Source: an uncultured Acidobacteriota bacterium
Lineage (GTDB): Bacteria > Acidobacteriota > UBA6911
DNA: 64,000 nucleotides
Assembly: GCA_963827655.1 (NCBI GenBank)
Contig: CAWHCF010000023.1
Location: forward strand, 224,001 to 288,000
Reading direction: 5' to 3'
Part shown: positions 31,845 through 41,141 of the stretch, piece by piece
Layout of the letters: the number at the start of each line of letters is the position of its first letter
Position numbering within the stretch: the stretch's first letter is position 1
Notes under the pieces: model-generated
Database searches by the model: none
Told to the model about the DNA's origin: nothing
What the model saw: only the letters and a program-made list of their open reading frames with translations
Position numbers and translations under genes: made by a program

Positions 31845-32765
31845 ATGCAAATTTCCATCGCTTGTCTCACACATTGCTGTTCGCTCCTGTGCGGCGTCGC
31901 GCTCGTCTGTGTTGGGCTGTCGAATGCATTCGTTTCGGGCCAGGAGCAGAAGATAAATGTCATTGCCTTCGGCGCTCATCCGGATGATTGCGATCAAAGA
32001 GCAGGGGGCCTGGCTGCCAAATACGCCGCCCGGGGCCATCGAGTGCGTTTCGTGTCGGTCACCAACGGTGACGCGGGGCATCAGACCGAAGGAGGCGGAG
32101 CGCTAGCGAATCGCCGGCGAGCCGAGGCGCAGGAAGCCGGAAAACGCATCGGGATTGAGTACATCGTCCTGGACAATCATGACGGCGAACTCCTGCCTAC
32201 CCTGCAAGTCAGGGAACAGATCATCCGGCAGATGCGCCAGGTGAATGCCGACCTCGTTCTTGCTCCTCGACCTAACGACTACCATCCCGATCATCGCTAT
32301 ACCGGAATCCTGGTGCAGGACGCGGCCTACATGGTCACCGTGCCTAATATCTGCCCCGACACACCTTCCCTGCGGAAGAACCCGGTGTTCCTGTATTTTC
32401 AGGATGGCTTCCAAAAACCGAATCCCTTCTCCCCCGACATTGCCGTCGCCATCGATGATGTGATTGACAAAAAATGGTCCATGCTGGACGCGCATGTATC
32501 TCAGTTTTACGAATGGCTGGCCTGGCACGACGGCAAACTCGACCAGGTTCCCAAAGATCCCAAGGCGCGCCTGGACTGGCTTCGCAAAGCGCGCAATTAC
32601 GAGCCCGGACCCGCGATACGGACCGCGCTAGCTAAATGGTATGGTCCCGAAACGTCCAAAGGCATCCGGTTTGCGGAAGCTTTCGAAATCTGCGAGTATG
32701 GCCGCCGGCCCTCGGAAGCAGATGTCCGATCGCTGATTCCCTTTTTTCCGGGCCAGCCCAAATAG
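31845..32765 (+). CDS. PIG-L/LmbE family deacetylase
   Basis: GAHPDD, TNGDAG, DYHPDH. Confidence 0.92.
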   Translation: MQISIACLTHCCSLLCGVALVCVGLSNAFVSGQEQKINVIAFGAHPDDCDQRAGGLAAKYAARGHRVRFVSVTNGDAGHQTEGGGALANRRRAEAQEAGKRIGIEYIVLDNHDGELLPTLQVREQIIRQMRQVNADLVLAPRPNDYHPDHRYTGILVQDAAYMVTVPNICPDTPSLRKNPVFLYFQDGFQKPNPFSPDIAVAIDDVIDKKWSMLDAHVSQFYEWLAWHDGKLDQVPKDPKARLDWLRKARNYEPGPAIRTALAKWYGPETSKGIRFAEAFEICEYGRRPSEADVRSLIPFFPGQPK

Positions 32766-32822
32766 CCGGTAGAAAAGTGTTTCTTTGTGTCTTCGCGTCC
32801 TGGGTGGTGAGTATCCCTGGCT

Positions 32823-33245
32823 ATGCTCGACTGGCTGCGCGCTAAGGAACCGCTCGCATGGTGGTTGATTGGTCTGTCTATCACGACCTTCGTGGGCAGC
32901 TTGATTGCCGTTACCGTGCTGATCGTGCGCATGCCTGCCGACTACTTCACTCACATGAAAGAACCCGCCGATAGCTGGCGAAGCCGCCACCCCTTGATCC
33001 GTGGCGCCATTCTGGTTCTCAAAAACCTTCTGGGTTTCGTGCTGGTGCTGGCCGGCTTGATCATGTCGATTCCACCGATCCCCGGGCAGGGTGTTCTGAC
33101 TATCTTGATTGGTTTATCGCTCCTGAATTTTCCAGGAAAAAAGAACCTGGAACTGCGTATTGCAAGAGCCGCGCCGGTGAGAAACGCGATTGACTGGATT
33201 CGAGCAAAGTACCATCGTCCGCCGCTGCAAATTCCGGAGTCGTAG
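32823..33245 (+). CDS. PGPGW-type membrane protein
   Basis: IPGQGVLTILIGL...FPGK plus TM helices. Confidence 0.78.
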   Translation: MLDWLRAKEPLAWWLIGLSITTFVGSLIAVTVLIVRMPADYFTHMKEPADSWRSRHPLIRGAILVLKNLLGFVLVLAGLIMSIPPIPGQGVLTILIGLSLLNFPGKKNLELRIARAAPVRNAIDWIRAKYHRPPLQIPES

Positions 33246-33248
33246 AAC

Positions 33249-33722
33249 ATGCGCAGCGTTTTTCAGGCTTTGGCACCCGCATTGGTGGCGTCTTTCATTT
33301 GGGCCGCTTGCTCCCGCCCTCAGCCCGCGGGTCCGACCGCCGCTGAACCCCCGTCCGCCCCGTCTCCCAAAGCGGAATCGGCGCCTGTTCCTCCTTTTCA
33401 TCGAAATATCAACCCCGGACAGCCCCTGCCTCAAGTGCTTTCGGCCGATGTTTTCCGTGATACGCCGGCCATAGCCGAGGTGTATCGCGCGGCGCGGCGT
33501 ATACCGGTGGTGCTGGCTCAGCAGCCTTGTTACTGCCATTGCGACCGTATGGGTCACGGCAGCCTGCTCGACTGCTTCGCAACGGATCATGGCGCCGGCT
33601 GAGATATCTGCATCAAGGAGGTCCTCCTTGCCGATCGCATGACGAAAGAGGGAGCCAATCCGACGCAAGTCCGCGAAGCCATTGTTCGTGGAGACTGGAG
33701 AGCCGAACCGCTACCGCGCTAG
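33249..33722 (+). CDS. PCYCxC-motif lipoprotein, predicted selenoprotein (UGA 33600-33602 = Sec)
   Basis: Lipobox WAAC; PCYCHC...GH.SLLDCF..DHGAG-UGA-DIC; frame stays open 39 more codons to TAG 33720-33722; SECIS-like hairpin; selA in the same window. Confidence 0.85.
33603..33640 (+). promoter_or_regulatory. Putative bacterial SECIS element
   Basis: CAAGGAG-GTC-CTCCTTG perfect 7-bp stem (33614-33630); G-initiated loop begins 19 nt after the UGA. Confidence 0.7.
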
Positions 33723-33797
33723 ACCTGCGCTTCGGCCCAGCGCCTGATGCCTGATCGTCAGCAGACCGGACGAGTCATGCGACGAAGGAGTTGACCG

Positions 33798-34334
33798 ATG
33801 GGAACGTCAGCAGTTCGGAAAGCCGCGGCCACTCGGAAGCGTCGAGCGGCGGGCAGAAAGGCAGCGACCACGCGCAAAAGCCGACCTTCCCGCAGGAAGC
33901 CGGCTCCGGCGAGCGGCACACCATCCGTCGTCCCGATGATCTCCTATGAGGATGGGATCGCGGCATTGAAATGGCTTCGCAGCGCGTTTGGGTTTCGCGA
34001 GACGGCGCGTCTCACAACGCCGGACGGGAGGCTCTCACACGGCGAGATGGAGGCCGGTGACGGATTGATCATGCTTGCGTCTCCGACACCCGATTACCGC
34101 AGTCCGAAACATCATCGTGAGGTCTGTGAACAGGCACGCAAGTGGTCCAGGGTGCCCTGGATTATCGACGGCGTGCTTGTCTACGTGGACGATCTCGATC
34201 GACACTTCACACGAGCAAAAGCAGCAGGTGCAACAATCCTCTCTGAGATCGAAGAGGGCCCTCCCGGGCGACGATATCGGGCGGAAGATTTCGAGGGCCA
34301 TCGCTGGTTCTTTTGCGAGAAGGACAAAGAATGA
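33798..34334 (+). CDS. VOC/glyoxalase family protein with basic Lys/Arg/Ala N-terminal extension
   Basis: WLRSAFGF, HGEM, VYVDDLDRH, RAEDFEGHRW; N-terminus RKAAATRKRRAAGRKAATTRK. Confidence 0.85.
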   Translation: MGTSAVRKAAATRKRRAAGRKAATTRKSRPSRRKPAPASGTPSVVPMISYEDGIAALKWLRSAFGFRETARLTTPDGRLSHGEMEAGDGLIMLASPTPDYRSPKHHREVCEQARKWSRVPWIIDGVLVYVDDLDRHFTRAKAAGATILSEIEEGPPGRRYRAEDFEGHRWFFCEKDKE

Positions 34335-34518
34335 CGCCCAAGGCTGGCTGACCAGTGACCGCAGCCGGCGAGTTGCGCGAAGCGCCGATCGGCCAGTTTC
34401 GCCCAATCGAAGTCCTCTTCAAGACCGGGCCGTCGAGCGAGGGGCGAGATCTCAAATCGCCGGCTGCAAAATCGTTTTTGTTTCAGTAGCCCCAATTCCA
34501 GAGTTATATTCTCGAATC

Positions 34519-35775
34519 ATGCTCAATTCAAACCGCGAGAAAAGCCGGCGACGTTTCCTCGGCGCTTTAGGCGCGTCGGCAGCTTGGTCCGGCTTGCCGG
34601 CCGGTTCGGCCGCCCAAAGCCGCTCACCCGAACCGCTCCCTTCAGATGACCGTAAGCTGAAGATCACTTCCGTAAAGGCCTATCCGGTTGCGATCGGCGG
34701 CTCTTTCCGAGGTGCGACGGCGAAGTTTTCGTCCGATTTTGATCCGGCGCGCTGGCGCTACCGCGGACCGTTCGCCCAGCTGGTCGGCGCCATCATCGTG
34801 GAAATAGGAACGGATCAGGGCATTATCGGCTATGGAATGGGAGGGGGCGGCGCGGCCGCTGTCGCAGTTGTTGAACGATACCTGAGCCACCTCCTGGTCG
34901 GAGCCAACCCGCTGAACGTGGAACTCCTCTGGGATCAGATGTACAGCTCAAGTTCTTATTGCGGCCGACGCGGCATTGTCGTGATGGCGCTCAGCGGCGT
35001 CGATCTGGCGCTATGGGACATCGCGGGCAAACACGCCGGGCGCCCGGTTTACCAGCTGATCGGCGGAACCACCAAGGACAAGGTTCCAGCCTACTACACC
35101 GGCTTCGAGGTGGAAAAGGCGAAGGCGATGGGCTTCAACGCTTTCAAGATTCCCTTGCGCGAAGGCGTCGTGGAAGGACGAGATGGGATGAAGCGAATCG
35201 AGGCGCAACTGGCGGAGGTGCGCAAGGCGATTGGGCCCGAGGCGCAGCTTCTGATCGAGTGCGGCTCGCTCTGGGACGTCCCGTACACCCTGGAGATGGA
35301 CAAGCGCCTCGCCGAGCTGCGTCCCGAGTTTTTCGAAGAGCCGCTGCTGCCCGACGATATCGAAGGGTACGAAACACTCTGCCGCGAAGTCCGTAATACC
35401 AGAATCGCAAGCGGCGAGCACGAATATACCCGCTTCGGGTTTCACGAGTTGATCCGTCACAAAGCCGTGCACGTGCTTCAGCCGGATATCACCTGGTCTG
35501 GAGGGCTGACCGAGCTGCGCCGAATCGCGGCCCTGGCCGCGGCGCATTCACTGCCTGTCCTCCTGCATCGGGGCGGAAGCTCCTATGGCTTGAACCTGAT
35601 TCTGGCGACTCCAAACTGTCGCGTCGCCGAAAGCTTCGGGATTCTCGAAAACACCAACGAAATCATGACGGCCATGATGCCGAGATTCGAAAACGGGTAC
35701 TACTATCCTTCGCAAAAGCCCGGCTTCGGAGTCGACCTGAACGAAGCCCTGATCCGCAAACACTTGAGGGAATGA
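34519..35775 (+). CDS. Tat-signal enolase-superfamily sugar-acid dehydratase (L-rhamnonate dehydratase-like)
   Basis: SRRRFLG Tat motif; ALSGVDLALWD, FEEPL, GEHEYTRFGF, LQPD, PGFG. Confidence 0.85.
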   Translation: MLNSNREKSRRRFLGALGASAAWSGLPAGSAAQSRSPEPLPSDDRKLKITSVKAYPVAIGGSFRGATAKFSSDFDPARWRYRGPFAQLVGAIIVEIGTDQGIIGYGMGGGGAAAVAVVERYLSHLLVGANPLNVELLWDQMYSSSSYCGRRGIVVMALSGVDLALWDIAGKHAGRPVYQLIGGTTKDKVPAYYTGFEVEKAKAMGFNAFKIPLREGVVEGRDGMKRIEAQLAEVRKAIGPEAQLLIECGSLWDVPYTLEMDKRLAELRPEFFEEPLLPDDIEGYETLCREVRNTRIASGEHEYTRFGFHELIRHKAVHVLQPDITWSGGLTELRRIAALAAAHSLPVLLHRGGSSYGLNLILATPNCRVAESFGILENTNEIMTAMMPRFENGYYYPSQKPGFGVDLNEALIRKHLRE

Positions 35776-36791
35776 GCCCGGGAGGGAAACCGACGATGAT
35801 GGTTCCAACTGCCGTGACCAGGCGCGGGTTTCTGAAAGCTGCGGCCGCAAGCTCGTTCGGGCTTGCGTTCTCCGGCTTGAATACCTTCGGAGCGGATGGG
35901 AAGAAAAAACTCGCGGGCATCTTCCCGATAATGCAGACCCCTTTCACCGATTCCGATGGTCTCGACCTGGAGGCTCTAGCCCGCCAGGTGAAGTTTCTCG
36001 ACCGCGTGGGCGTGCACGGCATGGTCTGGCCCCAACTGGCGAGCGAGTATTTCGACCTGACCGTCGAGGAGCGCTTTAAAGGCGCGGAAGCCGTGATGGA
36101 AGCCGCAAAGGGAACACGACCGGCCATCGTTATCGGCGTGCAGGGTCCGGACACCGAAGCAGCCGTGCGTTACGCGCGCCACGCGGATAAGCTCGGTCCA
36201 GACGCGGTCATTGCTCTGCCACCGCGCGGAGTCACCGAACTCGAGCGCGTTCTCGCGTACTATCGCGCCGTGGGCGGCGCGTGCAGCCGGCCTCTTTTCG
36301 TCCAGAGCATCGGTGACATGAGCGTCGATTTCGTCCTGCGTATGGCCAGGGAGATTCCCACACTGCGCTTCGTGAAGGATGAGGCAGGTCAGACGCTGCC
36401 AAGAATTACTGAATACCGTGCGAAGGGCGCCGATCTCATCCACGGCGTCTTCACCGGGGCGCATGGGCGGACGCTGCTCGACGAGCTCGCGCGGGGTTCG
36501 TCGGGTACGATGCCGGCCTCCCCATTCGCCGACCTTTACGTCCAGACCTGGGATCTGTGGCACGCCGGAAAGCGCAGCGACGCTATCGACCGATTCTCGA
36601 AGGTCATGCTCATGGTATCGCAGGTACAGGCTTACGGGATGCCCTCGCTTAAATACCTGCTCGAGTTACGTGGGGTCTTCAAGAATCATCGTTGCCGCTC
36701 GGAGGGAGCCAAGGTTGTATTCGACGACCAGGCACGCCGCTCGCTGCGCGAGACCTACGAGTTCATCCGTCCTCTGCTGAAAGCCCGGTAA
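35772..36791 (+). CDS. Tat-signal DHDPS/NAL-family aldolase
   Basis: TRRGFLK Tat motif; GIFPIMQTPF, FVKDE Schiff-base Lys; ATGA overlap with the upstream gene. Confidence 0.83.
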   Translation: MSPGGKPTMMVPTAVTRRGFLKAAAASSFGLAFSGLNTFGADGKKKLAGIFPIMQTPFTDSDGLDLEALARQVKFLDRVGVHGMVWPQLASEYFDLTVEERFKGAEAVMEAAKGTRPAIVIGVQGPDTEAAVRYARHADKLGPDAVIALPPRGVTELERVLAYYRAVGGACSRPLFVQSIGDMSVDFVLRMAREIPTLRFVKDEAGQTLPRITEYRAKGADLIHGVFTGAHGRTLLDELARGSSGTMPASPFADLYVQTWDLWHAGKRSDAIDRFSKVMLMVSQVQAYGMPSLKYLLELRGVFKNHRCRSEGAKVVFDDQARRSLRETYEFIRPLLKAR

Positions 36792-36846
36792 AAAGTGGAA
36801 AGTGCTGAGTAAAAAGTGGAAAGTACTCAGCACTTTCTACTCTTAA
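36791..36846. repeat. Heptamer-type inverted repeat (AAAGTGG/AGTGCTG)
   Basis: AAAAGTGGAAAGTGCTGAGTAAAAAGTGGAAAGTACTCAGCACTTTCTACTCTT. Confidence 0.55.
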
Positions 36847-36859
36847 CCATACTCTCTAA

Positions 36860-37716
36860 CCAGCGACTGATACTCGGCCTGACAGCATTTGGACTCTCTG
36901 TGTGCGACGGCGGCGGCGCATCCCGGCGTCGGAATCGTCATGGATAGTCGCGGCAATGTTTTTTACACTGACCTGTCTCATGTATGGAAAATCGCGCCGG
37001 GCGGCGCGAAATCCATTGCCGTGCGGGGCGTCCACACTCATGAACTGTACATCGACCGTGAAGACAACCTCTACGGCGAACATCTATGGTACGAAGGCGA
37101 CCGTACCAAAAAATGGGGCCATCGGGTATGGAAATTAGCCGCAGATGGCAAGCTGAGCGACGTCATTCCCGCCCGAGAAGGATTTTTGCAAGAACTACAG
37201 CTTCGTGCGCGACGGCCGCGGGAACATGTACTGGGCGGAACGAGGCGCGCAGACGATGCTTCGAAAACGCACGCCATCAGGACAAATCGAAACCGTGGGA
37301 CCAGTCGACATTTTTCGAGACATCCGCTGGATGACCTGTACGACCGAGGGCACGATATACCTGATCGACGGTCAAGACCTGCGCCGCGTCGGCTCAGACG
37401 GGACGGTCCACACCGTCGCGCGCGACCTCGGGGAGCGAAAGCTCTTACAATTCCTGGTCGGCGACCGTCATATTCTGATGGGACTATGGACCGACACGGT
37501 CGGCGGAATGTCTTCGTGGCCGTTTACGGGGCGCGCCTGGTCAAGAAGATCGACCGCGACGGAAAGGTTACCATTGCGGCCCGCTCCCAGGCTCCCTGGT
37601 CGCCTACCGGAGGACTGGCCGTGCCCAACGGCGATCTGTGGCTCCTGGAATACTCCATAACCAATGCCGCCCGGGCGCGGCACATTCAACGAGACGGCAA
37701 GGAAAACATATATTAG
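36860..37716 (+). CDS. Secreted NHL/beta-propeller protein, frameshifts near 37190 and 37500
   Basis: HPGVGIVMDSRGNVFYTD, RDGRGNMYW, WSPTGG...GDLWLLE repeats split across ORFs 36889..37716 and 37205..37660; start uncertain. Confidence 0.68.
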
Positions 37717-37791
37717 CGAAGCAATCCTCTCGCTTCATTCGCCGCTCGTTTACCGCAACGACTCAAAGACGCGTGGTCATGGGAAACTGAA

Positions 37792-39336
37792 TTGATAAAT
37801 CGCCTTGCGTTTCCGGTTTGTCTCTCCGCTCTCTTCGTGATCGGCCTGGAGAGATTGCCCCAGGACGGTCGCCGGCAACCAGCCTCGTCCGCTATCACAG
37901 GAATGCAGGAGGACGCGGCCCAGCGCATCTCGGCCGACTCGCTGCGCGGCCACCTTTCTTTTCTGGCTTCCGACGCGCTGGGTGGACGCGACACTCCCTC
38001 GCCGGGTCTGGACGTGGCCGCCGAGTACATAGCCGCGCAGTTCCGTCGAGCGGCCCTCGAACCTGCAGCCGGAAACGACTATTTTCAGACGGCTCCCGGT
38101 GTCGTCACCGTTGCCAACCAGGAAAACTTCCGGTTCACACTGAACGTGGCGGGAAAGAGCCTCGATATTCCGGCGGCACGCTTCAGCATGTCGACCATTG
38201 CGCCGTTGAAACTGGCTGACGTACCGGTCGTGAAAATCCCGTTCGACGGGCAGCTTCCGTCTACCCTGGAGGGGAGAGTAGCAATTGCCGAGCTACCGAG
38301 TGATCGGGATTCACGGACCGCATCGGACCATATCTTCACTCGACTGGCCCCGCTCAAGCCCACTGCCGTTATCACGGTCGATCGACGCGAACGAGAGAGC
38401 TCCTACTTCACGCGCCGGGTTCTGAGGGAACCGCCGCCGCTAGGAACAACCTGGGACGCAGTCGGCTCATTGAATCGGGCGCCAGGCGTCCCTTTGATCA
38501 CGATCTACGGAGCGCTTCCGGCTGGGGTCCTCGAGGGAATGGGCCCGAGCGATACTCGCGTCTCACTCGAACTGGCGCCGCCGCTCGATACCAGGGTTGT
38601 TCTTCGAAATGTGGCCGGGCTGCTGCGCGGTTCGGATCCGACTTTGAACCAGAGCTACATCCTGGTTACTGCGCACTACGACGGCACCGGTCCACGTCCC
38701 GGCGCTACAGGGGACACGATCTGGAATGCCGCCAACGATGACGGGAGCGGCACGGTGGCTGTGGTCGAGCTCGCATCGGCCCTGGCGGCGCTAAAGGACC
38801 GGCCGCGGCGATCCATCGTTTTCATGACTTATTTTGGCGAGGAAAAAGGTCTGCGCGGATCGGCGTACTACGCTCGTTATCCCCTTTTCCCGCTCGACAA
38901 GACCATCGCCAACATCAACATCGAACATGTCGGCCGGACCGACAGCACCCAAGCCGGTGACCGGCGCGGGACCGCGAGCCTCACCGGCTTCGACTACTCC
39001 GATCTGGGCGAGTTGTTTGCCGAAGCGGGGAGGCTTTCGGGCATCAAGGTCTACAAGCACGAAACGAAATCCGATCCTTTCTTCAACGGCAGCGACAACC
39101 TGTCCCTGGCTGAAGCTGGTGTGGTCGCCCACACGATCTGCGTCATCTTCGATGACTTTTCCGACTATCATGGTCCGGGCGACCACTGGGAAAAGATTGA
39201 CTACCCGAACCTGGAGAAGACGGTCGAGATGATCGCGACCGCGGCGCTCCTGCTCGCCCAGCGTGAAGCCCCGCCGCAGTGGAATGCCGCCAACCCGCGC
39301 ACTGAGCGGTTTCGCAAGGCCCGCGAAGCGCGTTAA
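37792..39336 (+). CDS. M28 family metallopeptidase
   Basis: LASDALGGR, TAHYD, ANDDGSG, GEEKGL, NIEHVGR, SDN, DYH. Confidence 0.9.
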   Translation: MINRLAFPVCLSALFVIGLERLPQDGRRQPASSAITGMQEDAAQRISADSLRGHLSFLASDALGGRDTPSPGLDVAAEYIAAQFRRAALEPAAGNDYFQTAPGVVTVANQENFRFTLNVAGKSLDIPAARFSMSTIAPLKLADVPVVKIPFDGQLPSTLEGRVAIAELPSDRDSRTASDHIFTRLAPLKPTAVITVDRRERESSYFTRRVLREPPPLGTTWDAVGSLNRAPGVPLITIYGALPAGVLEGMGPSDTRVSLELAPPLDTRVVLRNVAGLLRGSDPTLNQSYILVTAHYDGTGPRPGATGDTIWNAANDDGSGTVAVVELASALAALKDRPRRSIVFMTYFGEEKGLRGSAYYARYPLFPLDKTIANINIEHVGRTDSTQAGDRRGTASLTGFDYSDLGELFAEAGRLSGIKVYKHETKSDPFFNGSDNLSLAEAGVVAHTICVIFDDFSDYHGPGDHWEKIDYPNLEKTVEMIATAALLLAQREAPPQWNAANPRTERFRKAREAR

Positions 39337-39339
39337 CAA

Positions 39340-39425
39340 ATACCACCAAGGCTCAAAGACACGCAAGAAACCACGAAGGCAATGTTTCTTGGCGTTCCTT
39401 CGCGTCTTTGCGTCTTTGTGGTTAA
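39340..39425. repeat. Octamer (ACACGAAG-type) inverted repeat between convergent genes
   Basis: ACCACCAAGGCTCAAAGACACGCAAG ... CTTCGCGTCTTTGCGTCTTTGTGGTT. Confidence 0.7.
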
Positions 39426-39430
39426 AATCG

Positions 39431-41110
39431 CTAGGGTCGCCGGCGAGCCTCGACCCAAATCGGGCTCGACCAGGCGATCTGGCCGTTCGCCTCGACCACG
39501 CGAAGGTAGTACCAGGCCACCTGTTCCCCGCGATCCTGATCCGCCACGCTGTAGCTGGTCTGGTAGTTTTCGGCGAAAACCAGGCGATGGACCAGGGCGG
39601 ACTCTCTGGGAAAATCTCCAGTGAAAATCGTCTCTCCCGATTCGGCGAGTTCTTTGAAGCTCTGGGTGAGCGAGACCTTGGACGGAGATGCAAGCGTAAC
39701 TATCAGTTTCGTGTCCGGGCCGCCGCGAGCCTTGAGAACGACCGCCTTCGTGGGCACGTCCTCGAGCTGCTGACGGCGTGCGGTGAACGATTCCACCCTG
39801 ACACCCTGTTCGCTTCGGTCCAGGATCCGGTCCCGGCGCCCTTCTTCGAGCGGGCCGGACTGGAAACAGGGATGGACAGCCTCCAGGACGCCGCCCTCGA
39901 GACGGATTCGAATATCCCAGTCCGCGACCTGAACCATTCCCAGGGCGGCCCACGGACCCCAGCCATACTCGACCCGGATCAAGACCGGCCGGCGCCAGCT
40001 CTCCGAACCGGGTAGCCGGTCTGACGGAAAATCGCGGTGAATGACCCGGTTGTTCTTGAGCAGCTCGACACGGTCGATCTGGTCCCATCCGGATACGGAG
40101 ATTTTCAACTGGCGCTCGGGGACATACGGGATCTCTCGCCCCATGACCTGGCCTGCCAGCGAAAAATCCAGCTCGATGCGGTCCCCGGTCACGGCATAGG
40201 TACGGCGGTTCCGCAGCGCTTCGAATAACGCCGGGCGCGTGAGTTCGGTGGCCTTGACGGCGGCCAGTCCCTCGCGATAGGCGCCCGGGTAACCCAGATG
40301 ATCGTCGCTGCTGGCGATCACGCCCACGCGGTGTCCCTCGGCCAGCAGGTACTGCAGAGTATTACGGGTCCAGCGTCCTCCATGGCTATGGCGGATGTAG
40401 GGATAGGGCCCACGGTCGTGTTCGGCGTTGCCCCATTCGGAGAATATCTCGAGCAGCGGCGACACCGCAGGGTCGCGCATCGCAAAGTTGGCTCCCCGAT
40501 GTCCTCGACGGTTGGCCGGGTGGTGTGGAATCAGCAGGCAGCCGCGCGTCTTGGCGAATTTCTGAAACTCCCGGAGATCGTCCATGGGAGCGTACTCGGC
40601 ATCGAGATCAGGGAAAATAATGTGGTAGTCGCCCAACGATGTGGAATGCCACTCGTACCCGACCAGCGGGACGAACTTCCCGGGGGCGTCGAACTTCCGC
40701 GCCATCTCGATCACTTCACGCCAGCGCGCGCGCGTAACGGCGAAACCTTTGATCCACCTTTCTTCGATCTTGTTCTCGTAGTGCCCGATGTCGTGCCAGT
40801 GGCCGTGCGGAGTAAAGGCGAAAAAGTCCAGATGGTTACGCGCGATCTCGAAGGTACGCTCGAGCGATCCTTGTGCATAACCGACCGCATTGTGGTTGTG
40901 CAGGTCGCCGAAATAGGTCTTGTAGTCGCCGGCCCGAGGCTGCGCCCGGTTTTGCAGCGCCGGGTTCAATGCGGCGGCCGCGACGGCCAGCGAGGAACGC
41001 CGGATCCAGTCGCGTCGCGAAAGCCGCGTGACGATGGCGGATTGCAGATTGCGGATCGGGGATTTCGGATTGTCGGAACGGTGCTTATGGCTGGCCAGGA
41101 GTTTCAACAT
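39431..41110 (-). CDS. Tat-signal PHP-type metallohydrolase (DUF3604/CehA-McbA-like)
   Basis: SRRDWI; YFGDLHNH, LDFFAFTPH, GYEW, IPHHP, SSDDHLGYPG, YYLRV...AWSSPIWV. Confidence 0.82.
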   Translation of the reverse strand: MLKLLASHKHRSDNPKSPIRNLQSAIVTRLSRRDWIRRSSLAVAAAALNPALQNRAQPRAGDYKTYFGDLHNHNAVGYAQGSLERTFEIARNHLDFFAFTPHGHWHDIGHYENKIEERWIKGFAVTRARWREVIEMARKFDAPGKFVPLVGYEWHSTSLGDYHIIFPDLDAEYAPMDDLREFQKFAKTRGCLLIPHHPANRRGHRGANFAMRDPAVSPLLEIFSEWGNAEHDRGPYPYIRHSHGGRWTRNTLQYLLAEGHRVGVIASSDDHLGYPGAYREGLAAVKATELTRPALFEALRNRRTYAVTGDRIELDFSLAGQVMGREIPYVPERQLKISVSGWDQIDRVELLKNNRVIHRDFPSDRLPGSESWRRPVLIRVEYGWGPWAALGMVQVADWDIRIRLEGGVLEAVHPCFQSGPLEEGRRDRILDRSEQGVRVESFTARRQQLEDVPTKAVVLKARGGPDTKLIVTLASPSKVSLTQSFKELAESGETIFTGDFPRESALVHRLVFAENYQTSYSVADQDRGEQVAWYYLRVVEANGQIAWSSPIWVEARRRP

Positions 41111-41135
41111 CGAAATCCGAAATCTGCAATCCGCA
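41037..41135. repeat. Heptamer inverted tandem repeat (GATTGCG/CGCAATC) straddling the start codon at 41110
   Basis: GCGGATTGCAGATTGCGGATCGGGGATTTCGGATTG ... CGAAATCCGAAATCTGCAATCCGCA. Confidence 0.75.
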
Positions 41136-41141
41136 CCATCG

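Noticed and set aside
34075-34518. 148-aa N-terminal extension of the dehydratase ORF
   Set aside because: Overlaps the VOC gene; the ATG at 34519 directly precedes the Tat motif.
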